Counted from the first letter of the stretch, positions 12,390-54,127 are shown. The stretch is DNA of 64,000 nucleotides from Chrysomallon squamiferum (GCA_012295275.1 CM022677.1:4030001-4094000), one strand, 5' to 3'. Numbers and translations: made by a program. Notes: a model not told the origin generated them from the letters alone.

Positions 12390-12812
12390 CACCGAATACA
12401 TAATCATCATACCTGACTGTTTAGTTTATTAAGATTACAGAAATTTCAAAAAAATGTGTTACATTTACGTTTTCAGTAAAAATGATAATACTTGTAACCT
12501 TCTAGTATAATAATACATATTATCATAAACGGGAAAAAAGAGAACATAATATTATACTGTTTTGTGTTACAGAAATGTTTTGTCACTTTTAATTTTTTCT
12601 GTATTTGCAGTGATTTAGTTGGCACTGACAAGTTTAGAGTCACCCTTTATTTATTTTTGACGAATTTGTTTCTTTTTTAAATATCTATTTCAGTGTGCAC
12701 GTAGTTTACACTAAAGATGTAGTCTTGTTGTTATTTAATGTGCAGTAAAGAAAAACGCCAGAGACAGCTCCGAGGTGTGTGTATTATTACATAGTTCTCA
12801 ACAGTTTTTTCC

Positions 12813-12844
<32 letters not shown>

Positions 12845-14439
12845 TGTGTGTATGCGTGTGTGAGTTTATACTGTGTGTGTGTGCGTATAGGTGCACATAT
12901 GTGTATGCATGAGTTTGTATATGTGTGTGAATAAGCGTATGCTAAAGTAAATTGTTAGAGCCAAAAATAAATCTTCTTATTCTATATATTTAAAAGAAAA
13001 ACGTAATCTAATCATAACATAAGGGAATTGTCTCTAACAAATTCCGAGATATTTGTGCATATCTCTCCCTAGTACTAGTGGTCTGAACAATTTACAAATG
13101 TGTTAGGGGTGGGATCACTCGGCAGATACGTCTTATCCTGAACATATTTTATATAACTGACATCGTTTAACACATCCACATAGACGAAATAATCATAAGA
13201 GCATGTCTTGTCAGTGATTAAATACAGTTCTGAGAGAGAAAAAATGCTCAATAAATGCTGAACTATTTCTAAACAACTGATCCAAAATAACATTACTTTG
13301 AGTTACCTTAACATCTAAAAACAAAGACAATAGATTGTCTGAGGGAACGCTTTACGGCAAAACCACAGTTTTATTAAGTAAAAATTAGTAAAAATATCTT
13401 AAAGAGAATAGAAACATTAAGCAGGGCGGTACAGAAAAAAAAAAAAAAAAAAAAAAAAAAGAAAGAAACAGAGAAATAATAATTATAAAAAAGTATTAAC
13501 AAGAACAACAATAATTATGGTAATAAGAAGAAGAATGATAAGAAATGTTTTAAATAAACAAATATACAGTTAGTAATTCCTATAATATTCTTTATATATA
13601 GATATAGATATAAATTGACTCCATACAACACACCCATAATTTTAAATAAAATGCTAGTGAAAAAGAATATTGTTAGAAAAAATATAGGCTCATCTTACAT
13701 AATTTTTTCAGATGTCAGGATAACAAGGCAATTTAATATGTGGATTAAAAAAAAAGAAAATGGAAATCTCTATGTTTATTTTCTAAATCTAATTTCGTTT
13801 ACATATACGTAAGATTTTAATTTCTATATGTATATATAAAATGTATTAAAAATTACATATATATGTTTTTTTGTGTTATTTAGTTTTTCTATTGTTTTCT
13901 GTTGTTTTAGGGTATTGTTTTTGTTTGTTTGTTTTTTGCTCCTTTTTTTGTTGTTTACTTATTTGTTTGTTTGTTTTTAAAGGGGAAAGACAATTAATAA
14001 TTTTAAAACAATAAATGACAGGAAACAGAATTAGGCATCTGTATAAGGAAACCACTGGAAATTACTTTTGGATTTGATGAACGTCACTGGTAGCAAGGGA
14101 AACATAATTTCTCTTCGTTAATTTTTTTTTTTTTTATTTGCACAGAATCACAGATTTGTTTTTGTAATATACTATGAGACACAGGTTTCTTTTTAGATTG
14201 TCTTTCGTTCTGGTATTTTTTTTATGACGTTTGAGATCAAAATTGGATGGGTAATCTGTATCGACTTACTAAAAAATTCTTCTAGTGTCTTTAAAAAAAA
14301 AAAAAAAAAAAAAACAAACCAATAATAATAACAACAACAACAACAACAACAAACAATAACAATAATAATAATAATAATAATAATAACAACAACAACAACA
14401 ACAACAACAACAATAACAATAATAATAATAATAATAATA

Positions 14440-14476
<37 letters not shown>

Positions 14477-14483
14477 TCAATCA

Positions 14484-14515
14484 TTACGTGACATAAGGAT
14501 TAAAATGGCGGCTTT
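14484..14515 (+). promoter_or_regulatory. Candidate promoter motifs (CRE/ATF-like TTACGTGAC and YY1-type AAAATGGCGGC)
   Basis: Two adjacent motifs, followed ~110 bp later by a donor-like CAG|GTACGT. Motif match only. Confidence 0.3.
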
Positions 14516-15298
14516 CAAGTGTTTTGTAACAGTGCTATTTTGCTGTCATTCATACTGTAAATGATTATACCTCCCCACAACACTGATATACTAATTTGAA
14601 AGAATAAACACCATTGTTTCAGGTACGTTTAACATTTCATGTTAACCTGTTTTTGATCTCAGATTCTTTCACTCAACTCACGGTTCAGATCTCTGGTCTA
14701 CAATAGATTAACTGATCTTAATTCATTAGAAAATAATAAAGAAAAGATACCGCTATAGATAAAATGACGGAACATGTAAAAATATTATGCGCGTTTTCTT
14801 AATTATTTTTCTGATATAACCTTGATACCTCGCCATTCCGTTAGCTGTAACCAGTATTACAAACTGCTGCAATATTTACAGTAATCACAGCATGGAAAGG
14901 GGTAAGACTGTTTTCATTCTGTATCTACGGAATTAAAAAATATAAGTAATTATATTAAATTAAATTTGGAACTGAGTAACGGAGTTAATTTTATTACAAC
15001 ATTGCTTCAGGTAAGAAATATTTTTAAACTGAAAAGCTATTTTCCGATATTAAAGATTTTGAAATTATATTTTATGTATCATACATATTTGTAAATGACA
15101 GATACAGCATCCGAATCTTTATTTTATATATCTATAAATGACAGTTATGCATTACTCATATATTCATAAAGAACGAATGATTGATAATGATTACGTTAGC
15201 TTAACATCTTGAAATAATCTCGTAAACTTACATAAAATAGGTGGAAATACTGGCATTTTATTTCTTGTTGATGATGGTTATGATTCTTTATTAGCTAA

Positions 15299-15570
15299 AT
15301 GAAGCATGTTTGTATTGGGCACCAGTTTGACTATCCCTTTTATAGTATCGACATTAATGGGAGGGCTAAAAATATGTTTGTATATGGGAAAGTGATTTTT
15401 GATTATCCCGTTATAGTAGCGACATTAAGGTTAGGGCTGAAGCATGTTTGTATTGGGCACCAGTTTGACTATCCCGTTATAGTATCGACATTAAGGGTAG
15501 GGCTGAAGCATGTTTGTATTGGGCACCAGTTTGACTATCTCGTTATAGTAGCGACATTAAGGGTAGGGGT
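15299..15570. repeat. ~66-bp tandem repeat (~4 copies)
   Basis: Unit GAAGCATGTTTGTATTGGGCACCAGTTTGACTATCCCGTTATAGTATCGACATTAAGGGTAGGGCT. Confidence 0.88.
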
Positions 15571-15764
15571 GAAGAGATGTGAGACGAAGAAGACAGGGGG
15601 TCAGTCGTCTTTTCCGCACCTCAGTAGCCGAGCAGAGGTCTCCTTAATCCCCGTCAAAGTGTGCGATCAGCCTGACAATGCAGGCTTGCAGATCCTTTTG
15701 TCAGAGAAGCCAGGCTTGTGTTATGTCTGAGGTTAAACATGCGTAATCAAATTAGTAAAAAAAT

Positions 15765-16140
15765 ATTTCAAGTTTCGTTGAAAATGCGAGGGATACCTTT
15801 TTGAAAGTGGATTAACTTTTTCTCCGCACGTGGCAAAAATGGGGCGCACATACCCAAAAGTGGGGCAAGGGTTGTCCGACACGGGCGAAAAGTGCCGCAC
15901 GCCCTACCCAAGGGGAACAACTCGTTTCCGACACGTGCACAAAAAAATGCACATATTTTGAAAATTTTCTCTTTTTGTTTTTCACTCGCATTTTCAAAAG
16001 GTGCAGCTTCTTTTGTAAATGTTGGAAACGTTTTTGCCACACTGGACCCGACGTTTTTGCCACACTGGACACGTAGGAATATTTTTCCCGACCCCCGGGC
16101 ATAGTGCCACACGGGTTTTCACCTTTTGTAAACTTGGAAA
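15765..16140 (+). repeat. Dispersed repeat family, copy B (about one full ~385-bp unit)
   Basis: Homologous to 7530-7750 (same orientation) and 53240-53757 (inverted). Confidence 0.88.
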
Positions 16141-16464
16141 CGTTTATTACGAGATCGCATAGACAGTGTGGGTAGATCGCATGACACTAAAAAAAAAACG
16201 TATCATCCATTCTGCAAGTTCAAGTTATCAGAGTAAGGTGAAGGCCAAACATGTACAGACTTCTATTGTGCCATACAGGTTCACGCTGTTATGCAATTAC
16301 AACAACATATCTTGTAAACATAAGTATACTTAGTATAAATAAATAAAATAAATAGATAAATGTTTTGCGTTTTTACTGTTGGTAGATCATTTCGACTTGG
16401 TCATTTAAAAAGTAGGGGCAATGTTATAATTCATTGAAATAATAATAATTAATCAGTTACAAAA

Positions 16465-16550
16465 TATGCATGACGTCACGGCCACAGCATCCCGAAGTAT
16501 AGCGAAGTTCCGGCGAGACTATTAGTGAAAGGGCGCGCACCGGGGACACT
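16465..16550 (+). promoter_or_regulatory. Likely EGFR proximal promoter region
   Basis: Perfect CRE palindrome TGACGTCA at 16471-16478, ETS-like TTCCGG and GGGCGCGC in a CpG-rich patch 50-130 bp upstream of the ATG at 16600. Confidence 0.5.
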
Positions 16551-16599
16551 TTAACAACTATAGTAATTCAAAATTTTGTATGTAAGCTTGATTTACACC

Positions 16600-43074
<26,475 letters not shown>

Positions 43075-44549
43075 GGAATATTCCGAGCAGAATCAGTGCT
43101 GTAGTAGTTTGTATGTTGATGTCATTAATTTTCTCTATGTTCTTTTTTATTTTTATTTTCTCTCACTACTTTTGAAATTGTTAAAGTTAAGAAGTATTAA
43201 AATCTTTTTTCTTTTCTTCTGATATAGGTTTTTAAAAATAATTGTTATCTATAAACAGATTTTTGATTTTCTTTTTTTTTCTTTCTTTTTTTCAGAATTT
43301 GTAGTTTGTTTAGAAGTCAGCTGGGAACCAGTTACTTATTTTACCTCTTTACAGAAAAACACGTAAAGGGAGATAATTCTTTCAGTTTGTGAAAATTGCT
43401 CAGGAAAAGACTTATTACAAAAATATAGGAGTAGGTTTTGCAGTTTTGTAGAACATGTATAGCAGATATTTTCGTTTTAGAATTATGTCCCTTGAACACA
43501 TTTTCATACATTGTTTTTGTTTAGTTCTCAAGTGTTTCAAAGCTGTTTCAATAAAAAAGTTCTTTTTATAACAAATATGTTTGTGTTTTTTATATATATT
43601 GTAAATATTGTTTCTTCACATCAAATAAGAATTGTATATTTGAATTATTTTTTATTTTACTATTTTTCTTTATTAATTTAATTATTAATACTATTCAAAT
43701 AATAATAATTATTATTATTGTTATTATTATTTTATTTTTATCTTAATTTTATGTATTATTTCATTACACTTAAAGTTTAAAAAGTATTAGTAATAAAAAC
43801 AAAAACAATTATGTATTGATAAAAAACAAAGAACTAAGACTGAATGAATTTTAAAATTAGTTTGATATTAATAAATTTTACATAATTATGAGAGAGAGAG
43901 AGAGAGTGTATTGTTTTTGTTTTGTTTTTAATATATTTTGGCTTATTCTTTTTCCTGTTTCTTTTCTTTCCCTTGCTTTTTCTGATTCTTGTTTCATCTT
44001 TTTCCCTTTTTTCTTCATATTTTGTTGTTTCTTTTGTTTTGTTGTTTATTCTTTCTTTCTTTTTTTCTATTTTTCTTTCTTTCTGTTTGTATGTAAGTGC
44101 ATGTGTGTTTTTCTATTAACCACAAAAGACATTTGTTTTGTGTCGTACACAATCATAAATGATTATTCAAATACAAAAAGATATTAAATATAGAAATGTC
44201 AGCTAAAATGTTAGAAAAATTGGAAGAGTTTATTAAATTGGATGCTAATGTAGTGATCTAGATCGAATTATTAAAGAATTTAATGCTCGGTTTGCTAAAT
44301 TAATTTCCGATCAAAAACCATAGATCTATTTTCGATATGCCAGTCACTTAATCTTCATACCAAGTTGAGAAATGATCTGAAAAACAAATACAAATAATTA
44401 TAATATACTCACTGACAATGTCCGATCATAGCAGCATATTTGAGTATTTCACGATTTGCCTAGCAAACAGCGAGTGACGGTGTTGTTGACATCAAAACAA
44501 AGCAGAAGCAGACAACATTGCAGATCTTCATCAGACACCATTGTTACAT

Positions 44550-44876
<327 letters not shown>

Positions 44877-47482
44877 AGACAAAAATACACTAACTTTGAT
44901 CCAGAGACAGAAATAGTGAGACTCAGAGAAAAAGATGAAATTATGTGCAAGTTTTATATGCTGGACTAACATCATTTCTGTGCGTAAGTTATACAGTTTT
45001 TAGCAGCTTTGGTTTGACGTAGTTCACAAACTCTCCAGTTTACAAAATTCAAAATGCTAATTGTTTCTAGAAGGTATGATATATTTAAAAAATGATATTC
45101 AGTATGTCTTAAGTTCCACAAGCACTGACATTTTTATTTTTATTGTGACACTGTGTGAAGAAAAATTCCTCACAGACTGAGTAAATTGTTAGATCTGTCG
45201 ATGATTCTCAACTGGGGTTCTACAAGAGATCTCTAGGTGTTCTGCAGTAAACAGTGACAGATACACTAATCTATTTCTGATACATTTGTGTATTATTAAA
45301 TGTGTGACTGGGTGACTGAATCTTCTAGTCATCCTTGTCATTTTTTCATAGGACATTTTTACCTTGATTTGTCTTAAATAAAAATACAATAATGTAATAG
45401 TTATCTGGTTTCGTTCTTTTTTGTATGTGTGTTTTACATATGTGATATTGGTTCTTTACATTTATTCTTTTTGTGTTCTTCATAGATGTATTATTTTTTT
45501 TATTATTATTTTGTTTAATATTATTATTAACTTTTCTTTTTTTGTAAGGTGAAATGTGTTCCAGTTAGATTAATTTAACATTAATCAATGAACTGTAACT
45601 ATTATGTCATGACAATACTGAGTATTCTAATATTATAATTATAACAGTAAAAATTTGGAATGCAAATAAATAATACAGAGCTAATTCTATATTAGTATCA
45701 GCTATATTCATAATTGCTATATTCATATTTACTATTTTCATATCCATGTTGGAATTCACTATAATTTTTGTTAAGATATATATATCTATATTAAAAAAAT
45801 AATAATAATAATACAACAACAAAAATAACAAGAACATGAAATAACTACAAAGAATATAAAACAAATATATTTTTTGATAATTGGAAGGCCACATTTTTAG
45901 GCAAAGCTAGATAAAAACTAAGAGAAATGTCATAACAGATTGGATTGAATAGAGTACAGGCCTCTTGACTCAGTCTGTGAAGAAATTTTATATACATGTA
46001 TGTTCTTACAGTAATACTCTGATCTGTTATAGCTTAAGTTTTAAAAAATTCAGAGTTAATCACTGAAAATTAAAATTTAGTTATTATTATTGTTGTTGTT
46101 ATTATTATTATTTGGTATTTATTATTCTTGAGTATATCATTATTTCTTTCTTTTCTTATTTTTTAACAACTTATCTGTAACTAAATGTTTTTCTTGATTC
46201 TTGTGTATCTCTTCATCATATATTTCTCTGTTTCAGGCTAAATCAAAGTTACAAAAATACCTCATGTGGATCATTTTATCAAGTTTATGTGGAAGACCAC
46301 AAGAGATAGGAACAGCTGAATCCACTGAAAATTAACTCAAATAGATATGTTTGTACAAAGGTAAGAATTTTGAAATTCTCCAACCACAGAACTGAACACA
46401 TTAGAGCTTCATTGGACCAGTTATTGGACAACATAATTGTCGTTTTAAATTTCTTTAATTTGTAATAAAAAAACAACAACAACAAAAACAGATAATAGAA
46501 ATATGAAAAAATAGTATTTGATTAACATCCATTATTAATTTAAAACAAACGTGTTACAGCCTTAAATACAAAATTGCAAGATATATAATATTGAATCTTC
46601 TATTTACAAAACATATATTTATAAATGATTGAAATAGTTATTATTGCCAGAGTAAATTTAGTTTGAATTACATGACTCTAAACTGGGTATAGTAAGTATA
46701 GATAGATATATACAGACATACATGTTGAAGGGAAAATATTTATTTAAAAATAACATCCAACTACCTTTTTTTACATTTCAGCATTTTGTTGATAAGACTG
46801 GACAGTTATTTCCTGACCGATGACCAGCAGATCATTTTACTTCCCACCCACAATCAGCCAGGAAGCAACCTTCAAAAAGCAGAAGTTAAATATGGCTACT
46901 CAAGGGTAGGTTCAATTAGTTTAGCTTTGATTTGAAACGTGCCAACCTTTTTTTTTTCTTACATCTGTTCCAGTCTTCTTCATGCATAAGTAATCAAATC
47001 AAAACTTTCATTATTTACCACAATCTACAAAGGGATAAAAGTCAGTGATCTTCATTATTTGAATATGAGTTTTGAGTATTTCTGTGGTCCAGGCAGTGAC
47101 ACTTTATTAATAGTTCTAATCTTTATCACTATCTGATGATCTGTTACTTGAAAAAATAGATTTAACACCATTTTTATTTCTAACCTTTCAGGTTATGAAT
47201 CATTTTTCATAGTGTGTCTTTTCAGGAGAAGTCTAAAAAACATATTTGTTTTTAAAATGTTTGTAATAATTACAATAACCTAGGATTTATTTATAATTTT
47301 AGCCATGAAGCATTTCTTTTGTAAAGTAAACAAAAATAGAGGAAAGAAGTATGTGTGAGAACAGAATGTGAAAATCAATTGATCTAGATTTCCATGGTTA
47401 CCCTTTTCACCTGGAAAAAACTACCCAGTTAATTAATAATAAAATTGTGTTTTTCTCTGATACAGGTTGTGACTTTATATCA

Positions 47483-48749
47483 GGTAGAAAAGGTGAAGCT
47501 GATTACACTGGAGAACTTGGTATCCATGGAGATCCTGTTGCACCCAGTGTTCAAGGACTTCATGGTAATGATTGTGTTCCTGGTGTTTCCTGGTGTTTCT
47601 GGTAATCCATGTCTTGGTTTCTTGTTTCTAGGTGTGTAGAGTAGAAAACTGCAGGAACATACAAGATGAAGGTTGACTACTCACTTGTTTTTGTGATGGG
47701 TTTCTTTAGAGAACATGGACAGGATTTGTGTAGTTGACTGAATGAAATATTTTTTCTTTCTGTTGCGCTGTCTTAAGTTATTGAACTTATGACTTAGTTT
47801 CATGTTCTAATGTTATCAAAACTGAAGATTGAAGTAAAGGCATTGACTTTTTAGGATATACTAAATAAATAAACTAAAATATATTGTTCTATAAATTCAT
47901 TTCAATCTCAAACTTATTTACAATTTTAGCTGTTCTCAAGATAAAAAATTATTGAATGAGAAGATGGTTTAGGTTTTACAAAAACACCGAAAGAGAATTC
48001 TAATTAACAATAAAAAATTAAAATTATACTGCAGGTAGTGCTGTCAGCTGTTTGAAAAGATTTACAACCATGTTTTTTTGTCCTGCAACATCAACAATGT
48101 GTGCAGCACAGCATCACAGAATGGTTACAGTTACTGGCTGTCAACACCGGAGCCGATGTTGATGATGATGATGAATTGAGTGAGAGGTGAACAGACCAGG
48201 CAGACATCAGCAGTTTGTGAATCTCCAGACCCTGTAAGTCCTGTACTCATTTACATAACATTAATATTCATTACTTAATCATGAATATTCATATTTGTAT
48301 TTGATTTCCATTGTTTGAGATAAGTGATTATGAATACAAAATGATATTTAAAATTGACACATGTAAAATGAGAATGTTAACATTTAACTGTATTCAATAC
48401 AGTATTAGTATTTGTGAATACAGTGTAAGCCTTTTTTATTACTGTCATAAATTTCAATTTTTATGTTTATTAATTTAACAATTATTGATACGAATTAATA
48501 TTTATTTTTGAGTTAACAATTAATATTTTTTGATATGAATTAAATTGTTATTTTTGTTTATTATCCAATATGTTTTTAAATATAGTAATATATGTTGTTT
48601 TTTTAATATCAGTTTTATAATGTTTTTACTTCCCTTACTTTGAGATTTTTTTTTTCTCAGAGGTTTTTACTGTGCACAGTCAGACAAAGCTCATTGCAGA
48701 ATGTTCACTGGGCTGGTGTGCATCATGGATTGGGTAAAGTTTTGTCGTG
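47483..48749 (+). pseudogene. Collagen type IV alpha chain pseudogene fragment (degenerate Gly-X-Y plus first half of NC1)
   Basis: GRKGEADYTGELGIHGDP...GLHGNDCVPGV (47483-~47612); AGTYKMKVDYSLVFVMGFFREHGQDL (~47650-47728); [38 protein letters not shown]...AVCESP (48035-48233); VFTVHSQTKLIAECSLGWCASWIG*SFVV (48661-48749). These are collinear with collagen IV NC1 motifs (HGQDLG, CNINNVC, YSYWLST, VHSQT, WIGYSF). Stop at 48735 plus frameshifts. Confidence 0.88.
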
Positions 48750-51700
48750 GTAAATTTGAAGTAAGTTGTTTTGAACTGTTTTTGATTTTGTAACTTCAAC
48801 TTTGAAATTCTTTCCTGTTTTGATTTTATTGAAATACCCATAAGTTATATGTTTGTTACCAAAAAATTCAGTTTGTTTTTAAAACATGATGTTATTGACT
48901 TGTATTTTAATATGCAAGTAGACAATTCTTTATCAATTTGTATTTATTTAAAACATGGATGTTATTGACTTCTATTTTATATACAACTTGACAATGTTAA
49001 TTACAATGTTTGACAAGTTTACCACAAAACTGAAAAACACGCAGCTCAGCGTTTTTGTTGATTATTATGAACCCCAAAATTGTAAACTTCTGTATTTTTT
49101 ACAAAATAACTGACTAGCAGCTTATTTTCAACAGATAACTTAATAATGATGTAAAATGTAATATTTAAATTATGTAAAATGTATTTATTCTGACTAAATA
49201 ATTTGTAATTTTAATATTTTAAGTAACTTTTAAATAATAATTTGCTATCATTTCCAGTGATAAATGTTATATTTTTTTAGTAAATTATTTTTATTTGTTA
49301 GGGTTATCAGTGAAAAGTTTTGTTTATTACTTTTACAGGACAAACAAGCCCTTGCTGACCAGAACAAAGTTCTATCAGGCCAAGGATGACCACTTGACCA
49401 GGCTTGTAGTACAACTCAGTGAAGAACAATCACTTCTCCAGTTCTTGGTGTTAAAATAAATTCAGACACTCAGATGAGTTAGTGTTTTGAAATCAGATGC
49501 TCAGTATAATGGACAGGTAATTCGGTTTACAACTAGATTTTATAAACTGTAAAATGTAAATCATTTAATGTCATATGAGAATATTTTTGATATTATTATC
49601 ATTATATATAATTTTCTTTTTTTAAATAATGATTCTGTAGATGACACTGATATAGCAATTGGAAGAAAAGGAATCTACTTTAGAAAAATCTATCTTTAAC
49701 AAGTAGCTGATAAAATTATTGATCTTACTTGTTATCAATTTTTATAAAAGATACTAAGTTACTTATTTATTAAAAGAAAATGGATGTTTCTCTTTAAAAA
49801 AGAATATATATATGTATATGTTTTTAAATTACTCAAAGTTCTGAGTTGATTTATTCAGACTAGTATTAAACACACATTTCCCCAGACAGTCGAAACTAGA
49901 GGTGCAACAAGAAATGTTTAAATAAATAAACTTAAACTTTATTTTATTTCAGTTAAATTAACTGTACTTGTTATTGGTTGAATATATTACTTCAGATTCA
50001 AATGAAAAAATATAAAATTGTAGCAGTTGTTGTTAAAAAAATGTAATATTTTACTTTTCAGACACCATAGAAAGCTATTTACAAGAACTGATGTCCACTG
50101 AGTCTAAATGACTTGTCAAGTTTTCTGTACTGAACTAAGTAAACAGAAGATAAAACATCTCCACAGTAAACATGAAAAACTGAATAACTGGAGAAAACTG
50201 AGTTTAGAAAGTTCCACACCAAACTAACATTTTAAAAAACATTACTAGTGTGAATCATGGACTGTTCTTACTGAAGAATGTGTAATGTGACATGGTTTTA
50301 GACTCAGTCACAGTGTTGTTGATGAAATCAGATGTACACAGAATGTTTGTACCAGACACAGCACCAAGTACAGTCAAGTCTGTGAAAAAAAGGAATCATT
50401 TTGTAAAAATCATTTAATGTTAGAAATCCTTGATTACTGCTTTAAAAAAAACTACACACTTCTGATTAAAAATGTTTGCTTCAAGGAAGATAATTTAATT
50501 TTAATGTTTTTAATTTTTAAATTTTTGAAAAAAAAATAATGTACTTAATCATGTAACTGAAGCATAAAATAACAGAATACCAAGAGTTCTGGTAAAGATT
50601 TACCCTATAAAAGTTTGTTAAATCATAAAATGGAATCAGTTGTGTAAACCTATATATGCCATATATTTGTTTGGAAGATTAAAATCAGAAATTACAAATG
50701 TTCTTAATTACTAATTTCAGGTTACATTATCTGTCAAGTTATTTATTAAGTTTTATAGTTTTTATAAACAAATGTCTTGTTTTTCATTTTATGTTGTATA
50801 TTTTATCATAAACTTTTATTGATAAATCAGAAATCTTGGCATTTTTGTGTTTATAGCACAAATCTTTAGAACCTTAAGATATATTTTAAATACTTTTTAA
50901 TTTGAAACATTTTATATCATGCTTTTCTAAATTTATAATTAAGGATTTTGGCAAAGTTGTTGTTTTCTTGTTGAAATAAATATTTCAAATTATTTAGTTT
51001 TTTGTTTTTTATCACCTATTTTTTTAGCAAGCTTTATTAAATTACAGGGTGAGGAATATTTATTTATATAGTTTTGTTACAATAACCCAAATTTAGTATT
51101 TACTAGGCATTATAATATCATTTTATACTAGTTAATAATTTTGTATTCAGTACTTAAGAGAATGTTTAACATTGAAAATCAGTGAGTAACAAACTAAAAT
51201 TGTTAAAAAAACAAAAAAGAAACAAAACAAGCCCTGTACCAGCAAATTTATTTTCATTATAATTAATTTTTAACAACATTAAATAAAAATAAATAAATAG
51301 AAATCAGGTTTGACAATTATACAGATATTTATTAATTCACTCATCCATTCACTCTACCGCCTCATTCATTCACTGCTTCATGTAAAAGATAAAATGTAGA
51401 CACAGCTGTGAAGAGAAATGTAGAAAACACAGAGTAATTTCAAGTTTAGTATCAGACTTAGTATGTTAGTTTGTTGATGTTCCTAACCTTAAACTTCCTG
51501 TTTTAATCCATAAATTTCAGAAAATGATTATTTTAAGCTCATCATTTCTAGATATGTACAAGAATTTAAATGAAATTTTTTTTTTTTAATTTAGCATATT
51601 TAAATAGGCATCTTTTAACTGGCATATTTAAATTAACATTTTCCTGTTGGCATATTTATATTGTAAAGTTTAAATTTTATTATAAACTATGATTTTCTTG

Positions 51701-52069
51701 TCAGCATATTAAAATTAGCATATTTCATTACATATTTAAATAACATTTCATTAGCCTATTTAAATTTAAAGTAGCTTTAAAAATGCAGATTAAACCTTAA
51801 TTGAAAGAAAGTATTTTGAAAAATCTAAGAACAAATGACAAAACGAACTGATATGAATTTCTTAATGTACATCATCAAAGCCAACTTTACAGACATTCAG
51901 GAAAGGAAACACAGAAACAATATGTCCACAATGAAAAACAGATGATTAAAAATAACAATTTATTTGACAAAATAATTTTATAATTTTGAATATTTTTAAA
52001 AATCAGTTTGAGAATTCGAAAGTAATATATGTAGACTAATGTTTTTTGTTATCTAAATATCACAACTAT

Positions 52070-52615
52070 TACTACCAGTACTACTGCAACAACAACAAGA
52101 ACTACTACTATTACTACCAGTACTACTGCAACAACAACAAGAACTACTACTATTACTACCAGTACTACTGCAACAACAACAAGAACTACTACTACCAGTA
52201 CTACTGCAACAACAACAAGAACTACTACTATTACTACCAGTACTACTGCAACAACAACAAGAACTACTACTATTACTACCAGTACTACTGCAACAACAAC
52301 AAGAACTACTACTATTACTATCAGTACTACTGCAACAACAACAAGAACTACTACTATTACTACCAGTACTACTGCAACAACAACAAGAACTACTACTATT
52401 ACTACCAGTACTACTGCAACAACAACAATAACTACTACTATTACTACCAGTACTACTGCAACAACAACAAGAACTACTACTATTACTACCAGTACTACTG
52501 CAACAACAACAAGAACTACTACTATTACTACCAGTACTACTGCAACAACAACAAGAACTACTACTATTACTACCAGTACTACTGCAACAACAACAATAAC
52601 TACTACTACTACTAC
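52070..52615. repeat. 42-bp minisatellite built from trinucleotide runs (~13 copies)
   Basis: Unit CCAGTACTACTGCAACAACAACAAGAACTACTACTATTACTA. Confidence 0.95.
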
Positions 52616-53239
52616 TAATAATAATAATAACATATTTATTACTAATTAAAGTAGATCCTATTTTTTACTGTGTCAAGTAGTATTAATAATTTAATGATTT
52701 TTGCTTATATCAGTTTCGATGTTAAAATAACAATAATAAAATAACATCAAAGAGTAACATCAGTAATGATCACAAAGTTAAACTGTTCTCTGAACAACTG
52801 TTTTGAGTTTACTACAAGTTTTAAAACTGTATAAAAATGATCAGTAAAGCTGGAAACATAATTGTAATATCCAACTACTGCAAAAACTGACAATGACAGC
52901 AACTTTGAGTGCCTTTTATAGAAGCAGGTCACATTCACTTCTCAACATGGAAAGTTGTCTCATACAACAACTATTAAAAGTATTATTTAGGATAAGACAT
53001 TGAGATTAAATACTGAGGTATTGTTTACTAAAAATAATAATAATGAAAAAATGTAAGCAACGTTTCTTTTTCTCAAAAAGAAACAAATTGCACGATTGCT
53101 TGTGTATGAATATAAATTCTTGAAAGTAACAAATATATTTTGTGTTTATTTTATTACTGGTTACATAATATAAATAAAAATAAAAAAAATAAGCAAAAGA
53201 TAATATAAAAAAATCACAAAAACAAATTCTGTTTAACTA

Positions 53240-53757
53240 GAATGCGTTTGAAAAAAAAACGAGCAAATTTTCAAAATATGTGCGTTTTTTGTGCATCGTG
53301 TCGGAAACGAGTTGTTCCCCTTGGGTGGCGAGTGCGGCACTTTTCACCAGTGTCCTACAACCCTTGCCCCACATTTAGGTATGTCCGCCACATTTTTCCC
53401 ACGTCCGCAGAAAAAGTTATTCCACTTTGAAGAAGGTACCCCTAGCATTTTCAAAGGAACTTGAAAAAATTCGGATTTCAAAAATGCAAATCATCCGTGT
53501 GGCACTTTGCCCGGGGGTCGGGAAAACTATTTCAACGTGTGCAAAAGGTGCGCACCGTCGGGGCGAGTGTGGCAAAAACGCTTCCAACACTTACAAAAGA
53601 AGCTGCAGGTTTTGAAAATGTGTTTGAAAAAAAAAAAAAAAAATGAGCAAAGTTTCAAAATATGTGCGTTTTTTGTGCACGTGTCGGAAACGAGTTGTTC
53701 CCCTTGGGTGGAGCGTGCGGCACTTTTCACCAGTATCCGGAATCCCTTGCCCCACTA
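53240..53757 (-). repeat. Dispersed repeat family, copy C (~1.3 tandem units of ~385 bp)
   Basis: GAGCAAA.TTTCAAAATATGTGCG occurs at 53261 and 53645; reverse complement of copies A and B. Confidence 0.88.
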
Positions 53758-53858
53758 GATATACATACATACATACATATATATAGATATACATACATAC
53801 ATACATACATATATATATAGATATACATACATACATACATATATATATATATACATAC

Positions 53859-53891
<33 letters not shown>

Positions 53892-53928
53892 CATACATAC
53901 ATACATACATATATATATATATATACAT

Positions 53929-53961
<33 letters not shown>

Positions 53962-53962
53962 G

Positions 53963-53995
<33 letters not shown>

Positions 53996-54064
53996 TAGAT
54001 ATACATACATACATACATATATATATAGATATACATACATACATACATATATATATATATATAC

Positions 54065-54127
<63 letters not shown>

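Noticed and set aside
14504-14623. Alternative EGFR signal-peptide exon (MAAFKCFVTVLFCCHSYCK)
   Set aside because: In-frame TGA before the donor; the exon at 16600-16666 fits phase and signal peptide properly.
49340-50400. Second half of the collagen IV NC1 domain (QALAD, SQVCEKK-like words)
   Set aside because: Matches are too short and not collinear enough to support.
52046-52633. Tyr/Asn/Cys-rich 190-aa ORF resembling a structural or adhesive protein
   Set aside because: Higher-order repeat of trinucleotide microsatellites, lacking an ATG, signal peptide or splice context.
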